The notes under the pieces are model-generated. The model did not search any database, was not told where the DNA came from, and saw only the letters and a list, made by a program, of their open reading frames with translations. DNA of 63,021 bases, filler included, from Dimorphilus gyrociliatus (lineage: Eukaryota; Animalia; Annelida), in NCBI GenBank assembly GCA_904063045.1. It is 6 parts of 6 records of this genome, joined end to end, with 100 filler letters (N's around TTAATTAATTAA, not from the genome) between each part and the next. Parts side by side here need not be neighbours in the genome. Positions count along the whole stretch, not along the records: positions 30,854 to 43,282 come from CAJFCJ010000046.1; positions 43,383 to 60,963 come from CAJFCJ010000161.1; 4 more parts are not named here. One strand, 5' to 3'. How positions within the stretch are numbered: position 1 is the stretch's first letter; each line of letters begins with the position of its first letter. The position numbers and the translations under genes are program-made. Below, one piece after another: positions 33,778 to 43,590 of this stretch.

Positions 33778-33810
33778 TATAAAAGCCATAACAATTCAAC
33801 AAACTCCCAT
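33778..33810 (+). promoter_or_regulatory. Candidate Pol II core promoter: TATAAAAG and Inr-like CCA(+1)TT 31 nt downstream
   Basis: TATAAAAG at 33778-33785 and A33809 in CTCCCATT; repeated at 38505 and 43231. Confidence 0.6.
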
Positions 33811-33813
33811 TAT

Positions 33814-33853
33814 ATTACCTGATGAAGACCAGTGATGGTCGAAACGTTGTAAT
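33814..33853 (+). ncRNA. Minimal type I hammerhead ribozyme, copy 1
   Basis: ATTAC-CTGATGA-A-GACCA-GTGA-TGGTC-GAAA-CG-TT-GTAAT. Stem I ATTAC/GTAAT; 5-bp stem II with GNRA loop; palindromic ACGT in place of stem III. Predicted cleavage after GUU at 33848. Confidence 0.9.
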
Positions 33854-33861
33854 TTTATTAA

Positions 33862-33867
33862 AATAAA
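33862..33867 (+). terminator. Candidate polyadenylation signal AATAAA just after the hammerhead (also 38589-38594)
   Basis: AATAAA 14 nt after the predicted cleavage site. The local sequence is AT-rich, so a chance match is possible. Confidence 0.5.
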
Positions 33868-33981
33868 CTTTTAATTGAAAATAATACATGTGACTTCAGT
33901 TAATTATTATAAAGGAACAAAGGATCTACTTGACAGTCTCCTAATCTATCATAGATATCAAACACTATAATTAGTGTACAA

Positions 33982-34377
33982 ATAAGGAAAGGTCAAAAGT
34001 AACCTCTTATTAAAAGGAAAGGTGTAAACTCACCTCACCCAAAGGAGATAGGTCAAATTCACATATTCTCAATTGTAGACTTGCTCCTAACCCTTGAAAG
34101 AAGACCCCACCTACCAAAGATACTAAACTAAACTCATAAGTTAGACAAGGATAGACTGGAACTAACCCTCCCCCAACAAGAAAGATAAGGAAAGGTTAAA
34201 AGTAACCTCTTATTAAAAGGAAAGGGGTAAACTCACCTCACCCAAAGGGGACAGGTCCATTTCATATTATATACTTGCTCCTAACCCTTGAAAGAATACC
34301 CCACCTACTAAAGACACTAAAACCAAAATCATAAGTTAGACAAAAGGAAAAACTGGAACTCACCTTCCCCCAACAAG
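33982..34377. repeat. About 200-bp imperfect direct duplication in the PLE 5' region (also about 38709-39104)
   Basis: ATAAGGAAAGGT.AAAAGTAACCTCTTATTAAAAGGAAAGG...CCCCAACAAG at 33982-34180 and 34185-34377. Confidence 0.9.
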
Positions 34378-34434
34378 ACAGGTCAAACAGTTCCTACAAA
34401 ATACAATCATCAAAATCTGATCCAGGAGTGTTTT

Positions 34435-34480
34435 GTGAGTGGCCCCAATCCTAACCAAACCTAAACCCTAACCTGCCCAG
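34435..34480 (+). other. Candidate 46-nt spliceosomal intron in the 5' UTR of ORF1 (also 39162-39207)
   Basis: GTGAGT donor, CTAAC branch-point matches and a CCCAG acceptor 23 nt before the ORF1 ATG. Confidence 0.65.
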
Positions 34481-34503
34481 GACAGACATTCAAGATCAGT
34501 AAG

Positions 34504-35283
34504 ATGAATAGTGGATACCAATTAAGAAAAAGGAGATATAATAATCAAGACAATGGGAATCTTTATAATAAAAGAAAATACACACACCAGAATAGATCCA
34601 AAGCTATAAATGAGACTTCAGAGACAGAACAACCCAATCCAAGGTTTAAAGGTCAACTTTCTGATATTGAGAAAGGTTTAACAAAAACCATTACCAGTAC
34701 TTTTAACCTAACACACCATTTAAATAATTTACAAGCTAATAACCCATGGATTACTAGAGCAATGGATATTATTGACAACATACATATTACTGGTGGACCC
34801 ATAACAGGTGATAGACAACTTAGATTACAAGAAATTACAAATAAATGGGCCCAAGAAATTAACAAAGAAGTCATTAATGAAACTTCTGACAGGTTAGCAG
34901 AGGTCAAATCAAAAATACAGGAACAAATGGGAAAGTTTGAACAAGCGGACCTCAACAAAGCAATGGAGGTTGCTAACACAAGAACTTACCAAAAATATGG
35001 TCTCAAAACAAATTGGATGGCTATGAAGGAGGAAGCTGAAGATATCACCAAGAAATTAAAACTTAAATTTACTGATGATTTGAGATTGAAATTCATAAGA
35101 AGAATACAGGATGCCAACAAAACTGACCTTCCTACAATGGAAAAGGTCAAACATAAAAAGGATAGACAGAAAAAGGTTGACCACAACCAACAAAGAAAAA
35201 CAGAACTTACAGTAATGGCCAAGAAAATTGATGCTCTTATAGATCTTATGAAGGAGGCTATGACACCTATTCCAAAAAACTAA
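34504..35283 (+). CDS. PLE ORF1 (259 aa), unit 2: basic N-terminus, helical core, C-terminal amphipathic helix
   Basis: ATG ORF identical in unit 3; LRKRRY and KRKY basic patches. The HHL..L...P....W segment resembles, by eye only, the N-terminal extension of Neptune-type PLE ORFs. Confidence 0.8.
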   Translation: MNSGYQLRKRRYNNQDNGNLYNKRKYTHQNRSKAINETSETEQPNPRFKGQLSDIEKGLTKTITSTFNLTHHLNNLQANNPWITRAMDIIDNIHITGGPITGDRQLRLQEITNKWAQEINKEVINETSDRLAEVKSKIQEQMGKFEQADLNKAMEVANTRTYQKYGLKTNWMAMKEEAEDITKKLKLKFTDDLRLKFIRRIQDANKTDLPTMEKVKHKKDRQKKVDHNQQRKTELTVMAKKIDALIDLMKEAMTPIPKN

Positions 35284-35321
35284 CCTCTCAAAATGTTCAA
35301 AAGAATAATAAGCATAACACA

Positions 35322-37600
35322 ATGATTTTAAACTTATGTAAGAATTTAGAAATTAATAAAACTGTTGAATTGCATTTAAATAAAGGCTTTGGTTTTGCAT
35401 GGAATTTCACACACAAACAATGGATTTTACTAATGATACAAGGTACACTAGACTATTCAGTAAAATGGATGTCAATTTTTAAAAAAGGAGGTGCACCTTT
35501 GTTTAGAAACTCAGGTCTTAACAGAAAACTGAAAATAACAGATAAACCAAAAAAGGACCTGACTAAACTCATTGAAGACTTGGAAAATTTCTTTGTATCT
35601 GATATTCCTGAAATCAAATATATGGCACATGATACAATCCATACAATACATAGGATCATCAAAACAAAAACCAGACCTCTACATGATAACAAAGGTGTGA
35701 CAGTTATCAAAGACTTCATACAAAAAACACCAGAAATAATTATTAAACCAGCGGACAAAGGCAATAGAATGGTTATAATGTCCAAGGAGGATTATGTTTA
35801 TGAGGCAATGGTACAACTGACAGATACAAACACATATAAGATTGTACAAAACAGACCCAGCAAAGAACAATGGGAATATATTAATACTCTCTTAACTAAA
35901 CTAAAAGAGGGAGGTCATATCAATAACTCCACAATGACACTACTAAAACCAGAAAACAATGATGGCAATAGAAAATTCTATCTTTTACCCAAAATTCACA
36001 AACCTACTGAGTCCTGGAGAATACCTAATGTTATCCCAAAAGGTCGGCCTGTAGTGAGCTACTGTGGCTCTGACCTCTATATGATTAGTAAATTCATTGA
36101 CTTCCACCTCCAACATCTGGCAAAACTGACCTCAACATACATAAAAAATACAGAACACCTCATTGAGAAAATAAAGGTCATCAAGAATTGGAATAACAGA
36201 ATTATTCTAACAGCAGATGTGGAAGCACTATACCCTAGCATAGACCCAATATGGGGATACAAGCTGTTAGAAAGTTCATGCAGGAACACAAAGAAACTAA
36301 CAGACCTGATGCAATAATATTAGACCTCTTATGGATATGCCTGAACAATAATGACTTTACCTTTGGTAACACAAGATTCCTACAAATAAAGGGAACAGCT
36401 ATGGGTGCACCTTTTAGCCCCTCGTATGCCAATATTGTACTCAACACATGGGAACAACCAATCATAAATAAATATAAAAATGACCTCATCTATTTTGGCA
36501 GGTACATTGATGACATAATTATAATTTCAGAGGTCAATACTGACCTCACCAACCTTAAAGAAGAATTAAACACAAAAAACAACAATATTAAACTACAATG
36601 GTCTTCCAACCCCAAAGAAGTTGAATTTCTGGATCTTAAAATTATGCTACATGGTGACACTATACAATGGCACACTTTTTTTAAGGAAACAGATTCAAGG
36701 AAACTAATCCCAACCAACAGCAACCACCCAAAACACACCTTCACAGGCACACTTCTGAGCCAACTTATCAGGTATGACAGAAATTGTAGCCTAGAAGCTG
36801 TGGCCATACAACAATTTAAAGACTTAATCAAAATCAACAAAGAAGGTGGATACACTAAAACAATGGAAAGGAATGTTATCAGAAAATGGAAGACTAAAAA
36901 AGTTAATTACAACAAGGAAACTTACACAATTAATAAATGTAACTCTACCAAATGTGACACCTGCAAAAGGTTAGAACAAACACCTAAAGTATTTGATAGA
37001 ATGAAGGTCAACTACATCGATCTGAGAGGGACATACTCATGTAACTCAAAAGGAGTCATTTACATCTTACAATGCTCACTTTGCAATATGTTATATGTAG
37101 GTATGACTACAGATAGTATCAAAAGCAGATGGGGTACCCATAACCTGGCATTTAGGAATAAAGTCAACAGACCTGTATATTTGCATATGAATGAACATAA
37201 CATAAAAAAATTTAGGATTTACATCGCTAGACAAATACCCAATAGCATAAAAGAGAATAATATAACAACATGGCTAATGAGAGAGGAATGCACAATAATT
37301 AACAAACTGGATACAATTTACCCCAGAGGCCTTAACAGACATGAAGGTTTTACTTGTAGAGAAAAAACACCTCTTATTCTTCCTCAACAACAAACCACAC
37401 AGGAATGGGCCTGGAACATTAAACAAAACATTACATCAAATGCCCTGGAAAATCACACACTGGAAATGTATAAGACAATAACAGCCTATAAAATAGCTAA
37501 CACCTCAAGAAAATTACTTGTCAATAAAGAAGTGGATGAGATTATGGAAGCCTATGTTCAAAAATATCTAAAAACCATTCAAAACACAGAAACTAAATAA
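35322..37600 (+). CDS. PLE reverse transcriptase-GIY-YIG endonuclease, unit 2; one frameshift at G4 36253-36256 (G5 in unit 3)
   Basis: Identical to the intact unit-3 ORF except for one missing G. Confidence 0.88.
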
Positions 37601-37773
37601 ACACCTTTCATAACAGAAGAAGGTTAAACATAACCTTTGGTTCAAGGGAAAGGTTAGAAACATAATAGTATGTTGCAGAAGACAAATAAGGACCTACTAG
37701 AACCAAAGCAGAAAACAACAAAGACATAAAAATAGAAAATAAATATGGTGATTGTCTTTTAAGAAAAGTTGAG

Positions 37774-38280
37774 GTGAGTGTAAACAACCTAAACATTAAC
37801 CTTACAGAAAATCTTGAGGTTGACCTACCCAACCTGTATGATGGTGGCCCTCACTACTCCATCTTAACAAACACCACCAATAAAGTTATTATGATTGATG
37901 AGAGGATGGTAAATGACCTTAGAATGCAGGTTATCCAACAACAAAAGGAGATTGAAAATCAGAGGAAAATCATTGAGCAACAAAGAGAGGAAATGGGAAA
38001 ACTAAAACTAAACAACAACATATTCACTTGGAATATAAAAGAAGCAGGTACACTTGTCTTCACACCCAACTCTCAAACACAGAGAAATAACAACATCACC
38101 CTAGTAAATCAGAACAACTCAGAGGATACTACTGATACCAGTGATGAAGAAGTGGAATTTATGCAAATGCATAGTCCCAAGACCTTCCAACCTACAAAAA
38201 GAACATCTGACTTTAACCTTTTTGAGAATGAAGAGGTCAGCCCACCTAAAAAACATTCACTAAAAACCAATAGTAACTAA
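37774..38280 (+). CDS. PLE ORF3, unit 2
   Basis: Identical to 33047-33553. Confidence 0.6.
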   Translation: MSVNNLNINLTENLEVDLPNLYDGGPHYSILTNTTNKVIMIDERMVNDLRMQVIQQQKEIENQRKIIEQQREEMGKLKLNNNIFTWNIKEAGTLVFTPNSQTQRNNNITLVNQNNSEDTTDTSDEEVEFMQMHSPKTFQPTKRTSDFNLFENEEVSPPKKHSLKTNSN

Positions 38281-38540
38281 CCTATGTTCTTTATGAAGGT
38301 GTCTATGAAAAATAATAAAACTTACCCAAAAAAATAATCAAAGTTCTATTGTATAACCCTCATTACTATACCTTACTATAAACATAGAGGGCAGCACATA
38401 TATAATAATAATACATGTACAGTCCTATTTGTTGGTGTGTGTGTATATATTGTAAAGATGGCGCCACTACAATATAGAGGGCACCACCTATGTAATGTAA
38501 AACATATAAAAGCCATAACAATTCAACAAACTCCCATTAT

Positions 38541-38580
38541 ATTACCTGATGAAGACCAGTGATGGTCGAAACGTTGTAAT
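38541..38580 (+). ncRNA. Minimal type I hammerhead ribozyme, copy 2
   Basis: Identical to 33814-33853 at +4727. Confidence 0.9.
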
Positions 38581-39230
38581 TTTATTAAAATAAACTTTTA
38601 ATTGAAAATAATACATGTGACTTCAGTTAATTATTATAAAGGAACAAAGGATCTACTTGACAGTCTCCTAATCTATCATAGATATCAAACACTATAATTA
38701 GTGTACAAATAAGGAAAGGTCAAAAGTAACCTCTTATTAAAAGGAAAGGTGTAAACTCACCTCACCCAAAGGAGATAGGTCAAATTCACATATTCTCAAT
38801 TGTAGACTTGCTCCTAACCCTTGAAAGAAGACCCCACCTACCAAAGATACTAAACTAAACTCATAAGTTAGACAAGGATAGACTGGAACTAACCCTCCCC
38901 CAACAAGAAAGATAAGGAAAGGTTAAAAGTAACCTCTTATTAAAAGGAAAGGGGTAAACTCACCTCACCCAAAGGGGACAGGTCCATTTCATATTATATA
39001 CTTGCTCCTAACCCTTGAAAGAATACCCCACCTACTAAAGACACTAAAACCAAAATCATAAGTTAGACAAAAGGAAAAACTGGAACTCACCTTCCCCCAA
39101 CAAGACAGGTCAAACAGTTCCTACAAAATACAATCATCAAAATCTGATCCAGGAGTGTTTTGTGAGTGGCCCCAATCCTAACCAAACCTAAACCCTAACC
39201 TGCCCAGGACAGACATTCAAGATCAGTAAG

Positions 39231-40010
39231 ATGAATAGTGGATACCAATTAAGAAAAAGGAGATATAATAATCAAGACAATGGGAATCTTTATAATAAAA
39301 GAAAATACACACACCAGAATAGATCCAAAGCTATAAATGAGACTTCAGAGACAGAACAACCCAATCCAAGGTTTAAAGGTCAACTTTCTGATATTGAGAA
39401 AGGTTTAACAAAAACCATTACCAGTACTTTTAACCTAACACACCATTTAAATAATTTACAAGCTAATAACCCATGGATTACTAGAGCAATGGATATTATT
39501 GACAACATACATATTACTGGTGGACCCATAACAGGTGATAGACAACTTAGATTACAAGAAATTACAAATAAATGGGCCCAAGAAATTAACAAAGAAGTCA
39601 TTAATGAAACTTCTGACAGGTTAGCAGAGGTCAAATCAAAAATACAGGAACAAATGGGAAAGTTTGAACAAGCGGACCTCAACAAAGCAATGGAGGTTGC
39701 TAACACAAGAACTTACCAAAAATATGGTCTCAAAACAAATTGGATGGCTATGAAGGAGGAAGCTGAAGATATCACCAAGAAATTAAAACTTAAATTTACT
39801 GATGATTTGAGATTGAAATTCATAAGAAGAATACAGGATGCCAACAAAACTGACCTTCCTACAATGGAAAAGGTCAAACATAAAAAGGATAGACAGAAAA
39901 AGGTTGACCACAACCAACAAAGAAAAACAGAACTTACAGTAATGGCCAAGAAAATTGATGCTCTTATAGATCTTATGAAGGAGGCTATGACACCTATTCC
40001 AAAAAACTAA
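39231..40010 (+). CDS. PLE ORF1, unit 3
   Basis: Identical to 34504-35283. Confidence 0.8.
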   Translation: MNSGYQLRKRRYNNQDNGNLYNKRKYTHQNRSKAINETSETEQPNPRFKGQLSDIEKGLTKTITSTFNLTHHLNNLQANNPWITRAMDIIDNIHITGGPITGDRQLRLQEITNKWAQEINKEVINETSDRLAEVKSKIQEQMGKFEQADLNKAMEVANTRTYQKYGLKTNWMAMKEEAEDITKKLKLKFTDDLRLKFIRRIQDANKTDLPTMEKVKHKKDRQKKVDHNQQRKTELTVMAKKIDALIDLMKEAMTPIPKN

Positions 40011-40048
40011 CCTCTCAAAATGTTCAAAAGAATAATAAGCATAACACA

Positions 40049-42328
40049 ATGATTTTAAACTTATGTAAGAATTTAGAAATTAATAAAACTGTTGAATTGC
40101 ATTTAAATAAAGGCTTTGGTTTTGCATGGAATTTCACACACAAACAATGGATTTTACTAATGATACAAGGTACACTAGACTATTCAGTAAAATGGATGTC
40201 AATTTTTAAAAAAGGAGGTGCACCTTTGTTTAGAAACTCAGGTCTTAACAGAAAACTGAAAATAACAGATAAACCAAAAAAGGACCTGACTAAACTCATT
40301 GAAGACTTGGAAAATTTCTTTGTATCTGATATTCCTGAAATCAAATATATGGCACATGATACAATCCATACAATACATAGGATCATCAAAACAAAAACCA
40401 GACCTCTACATGATAACAAAGGTGTGACAGTTATCAAAGACTTCATACAAAAAACACCAGAAATAATTATTAAACCAGCGGACAAAGGCAATAGAATGGT
40501 TATAATGTCCAAGGAGGATTATGTTTATGAGGCAATGGTACAACTGACAGATACAAACACATATAAGATTGTACAAAACAGACCCAGCAAAGAACAATGG
40601 GAATATATTAATACTCTCTTAACTAAACTAAAAGAGGGAGGTCATATCAATAACTCCACAATGACACTACTAAAACCAGAAAACAATGATGGCAATAGAA
40701 AATTCTATCTTTTACCCAAAATTCACAAACCTACTGAGTCCTGGAGAATACCTAATGTTATCCCAAAAGGTCGGCCTGTAGTGAGCTACTGTGGCTCTGA
40801 CCTCTATATGATTAGTAAATTCATTGACTTCCACCTCCAACATCTGGCAAAACTGACCTCAACATACATAAAAAATACAGAACACCTCATTGAGAAAATA
40901 AAGGTCATCAAGAATTGGAATAACAGAATTATTCTAACAGCAGATGTGGAAGCACTATACCCTAGCATAGACCCAATATGGGGGATACAAGCTGTTAGAA
41001 AGTTCATGCAGGAACACAAAGAAACTAACAGACCTGATGCAATAATATTAGACCTCTTATGGATATGCCTGAACAATAATGACTTTACCTTTGGTAACAC
41101 AAGATTCCTACAAATAAAGGGAACAGCTATGGGTGCACCTTTTAGCCCCTCGTATGCCAATATTGTACTCAACACATGGGAACAACCAATCATAAATAAA
41201 TATAAAAATGACCTCATCTATTTTGGCAGGTACATTGATGACATAATTATAATTTCAGAGGTCAATACTGACCTCACCAACCTTAAAGAAGAATTAAACA
41301 CAAAAAACAACAATATTAAACTACAATGGTCTTCCAACCCCAAAGAAGTTGAATTTCTGGATCTTAAAATTATGCTACATGGTGACACTATACAATGGCA
41401 CACTTTTTTTAAGGAAACAGATTCAAGGAAACTAATCCCAACCAACAGCAACCACCCAAAACACACCTTCACAGGCACACTTCTGAGCCAACTTATCAGG
41501 TATGACAGAAATTGTAGCCTAGAAGCTGTGGCCATACAACAATTTAAAGACTTAATCAAAATCAACAAAGAAGGTGGATACACTAAAACAATGGAAAGGA
41601 ATGTTATCAGAAAATGGAAGACTAAAAAAGTTAATTACAACAAGGAAACTTACACAATTAATAAATGTAACTCTACCAAATGTGACACCTGCAAAAGGTT
41701 AGAACAAACACCTAAAGTATTTGATAGAATGAAGGTCAACTACATCGATCTGAGAGGGACATACTCATGTAACTCAAAAGGAGTCATTTACATCTTACAA
41801 TGCTCACTTTGCAATATGTTATATGTAGGTATGACTACAGATAGTATCAAAAGCAGATGGGGTACCCATAACCTGGCATTTAGGAATAAAGTCAACAGAC
41901 CTGTATATTTGCATATGAATGAACATAACATAAAAAAATTTAGGATTTACATCGCTAGACAAATACCCAATAGCATAAAAGAGAATAATATAACAACATG
42001 GCTAATGAGAGAGGAATGCACAATAATTAACAAACTGGATACAATTTACCCCAGAGGCCTTAACAGACATGAAGGTTTTACTTGTAGAGAAAAAACACCT
42101 CTTATTCTTCCTCAACAACAAACCACACAGGAATGGGCCTGGAACATTAAACAAAACATTACATCAAATGCCCTGGAAAATCACACACTGGAAATGTATA
42201 AGACAATAACAGCCTATAAAATAGCTAACACCTCAAGAAAATTACTTGTCAATAAAGAAGTGGATGAGATTATGGAAGCCTATGTTCAAAAATATCTAAA
42301 AACCATTCAAAACACAGAAACTAAATAA
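40049..42328 (+). CDS. Intact PLE RT + thumb + Cys-rich linker + GIY-YIG endonuclease (759 aa)
   Basis: ILNL...LNKGFGF, KPADKG, FYLLPKIHK, GRPVVS, TADVEALYPSI, GTAMGAPFSPSYANI, RYIDD, EFLDL and SNHPKH. Linker C-x4-C-x2-C (CNSTKCDTC); VIY-CSLC-YVG...RWGTH...LHMNEH...E...P.GLN. Confidence 0.95.
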   Translation: MILNLCKNLEINKTVELHLNKGFGFAWNFTHKQWILLMIQGTLDYSVKWMSIFKKGGAPLFRNSGLNRKLKITDKPKKDLTKLIEDLENFFVSDIPEIKYMAHDTIHTIHRIIKTKTRPLHDNKGVTVIKDFIQKTPEIIIKPADKGNRMVIMSKEDYVYEAMVQLTDTNTYKIVQNRPSKEQWEYINTLLTKLKEGGHINNSTMTLLKPENNDGNRKFYLLPKIHKPTESWRIPNVIPKGRPVVSYCGSDLYMISKFIDFHLQHLAKLTSTYIKNTEHLIEKIKVIKNWNNRIILTADVEALYPSIDPIWGIQAVRKFMQEHKETNRPDAIILDLLWICLNNNDFTFGNTRFLQIKGTAMGAPFSPSYANIVLNTWEQPIINKYKNDLIYFGRYIDDIIIISEVNTDLTNLKEELNTKNNNIKLQWSSNPKEVEFLDLKIMLHGDTIQWHTFFKETDSRKLIPTNSNHPKHTFTGTLLSQLIRYDRNCSLEAVAIQQFKDLIKINKEGGYTKTMERNVIRKWKTKKVNYNKETYTINKCNSTKCDTCKRLEQTPKVFDRMKVNYIDLRGTYSCNSKGVIYILQCSLCNMLYVGMTTDSIKSRWGTHNLAFRNKVNRPVYLHMNEHNIKKFRIYIARQIPNSIKENNITTWLMREECTIINKLDTIYPRGLNRHEGFTCREKTPLILPQQQTTQEWAWNIKQNITSNALENHTLEMYKTITAYKIANTSRKLLVNKEVDEIMEAYVQKYLKTIQNTETK

Positions 42329-42501
42329 ACACCTTTCATAACAGAAGAAGGTTAAACATAACCTTTGGTTCAAGGGAAAGGTTAGAAACATAATAGTATG
42401 TTGCAGAAGACAAATAAGGACCTACTAGAACCAAAGCAGAAAACAACAAAGACATAAAAATAGAAAATAAATATGGTGATTGTCTTTTAAGAAAAGTTGA
42501 G

Positions 42502-43007
42502 GTGAGTGTAAACAACCTAAACATTAACCTTACAGAAAATCTTGAGGTTGACCTACCCAACCTGTATGATGGTGGCCCTCACTACTCCATCTTAACAAAC
42601 ACCACCAATAAAGTTATTATGATTGATGAGAGGATGGTAAATGACCTTAGAATGCAGGTTATCCAACAACAAAAGGAGATGAAAATCAGAGGAAAATCAT
42701 TGAGCAACAAAGAGAGGAAATGGGAAAACTAAAACTAAACAACAACATATTCACTTGGAATATAAAAGAAGCAGGTACACTTGTCTTCACACCCAACTCT
42801 CAAACACAGAGAAATAACAACATCACCCTAGTAAATCAGAACAACTCAGAGGATACTACTGATACCAGTGATGAAGAAGTGGAATTTATGCAAATGCATA
42901 GTCCCAAGACCTTCCAACCTACAAAAAGAACATCTGACTTTAACCTTTTTGAGAATGAAGAGGTCAGCCCACCTAAAAAACATTCACTAAAAACCAATAG
43001 TAACTAA
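42502..43007 (+). CDS. PLE ORF3, unit 3; frameshifted by a 1-nt T loss at about 42680
   Basis: GAGATGAAAAT here versus GAGATTGAAAAT in units 1 and 2. Confidence 0.55.
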
Positions 43008-43266
43008 CCTATGTTCTTTATGAAGGTGTCTATGAAAAATAATAAAACTTACCCAAAAAAATAATCAAAGTTCTATTGTATAACCCTCATTACTATACCT
43101 TACTATAAACATAGAGGGCAGCACATATATAATAATAATACATGTACAGTCCTATTTGTTGGTGTGTGTGTATATATTGTAAAGATGGCGCCACTACAAT
43201 ATAGAGGCACCACCTATGTAATGTAAAACATATAAAAGCCATAACAATTCAACAAACTCCCATTAT

Positions 43267-43282
43267 ATTACCTGATGAAGAC
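43267..43282 (+). ncRNA. Hammerhead copy 3, truncated by the contig end
   Basis: ATTACCTGATGAAGAC followed by the spacer. Confidence 0.8.
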
Positions 43283-43382
43283 NNNNNNNNNNNNNNNNNN
43301 NNNNNNNNNNNNNNNNNNNNNNNNNNTTAATTAATTAANNNNNNNNNNNNNNNNNNNNNNNNNNNNNNNNNNNNNNNNNNNN
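43283..43382. other. Artificial contig spacer
   Basis: 44 N + TTAATTAATTAA + 44 N. Confidence 0.98.
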
Positions 43383-43590
43383 TTTATACTGACAAATAAG
43401 TCAGATAGATTCAAACAAAAGCTTGCTATGCTAATTTCTTCGTTTAAAGATGACGGAATTCTTACACAAATTGTCAATATATTCCCCTACAGGGAAGTAA
43501 TTCCAATCAATCATACAGAAATTCTTAAAGAATATGACCTAATTAAATGGAAACACATGCTGATACTATTCTCAACTGGAAGGCAAACTT

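Larger units (their letters stand above)
30854..43282 (+). mobile_element. Head-to-tail array (about 2.6 copies, 4727-bp period) of an endonuclease-positive Penelope-like element, Neptune-like
   Basis: ORFs recur at a 4727-bp offset (33047/37774, 34504/39231, 35322/40049). RT with C-terminal GIY-YIG, Cys-rich linker and one hammerhead per unit. The contig contains no flanking DNA. Confidence 0.95.

Noticed and set aside
34449-34473. CCTAACC/CCCTAA run as telomeric repeat implying telomere targeting
   Set aside because: Irregular, only about 25 nt, and better explained as intron branch-point sequence; the element has its own endonuclease.
34653-36855. Minus-strand ORFs of 60-120 aa within PLE ORF1 and RT
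   Set aside because: Shadow frames of real coding sequence.
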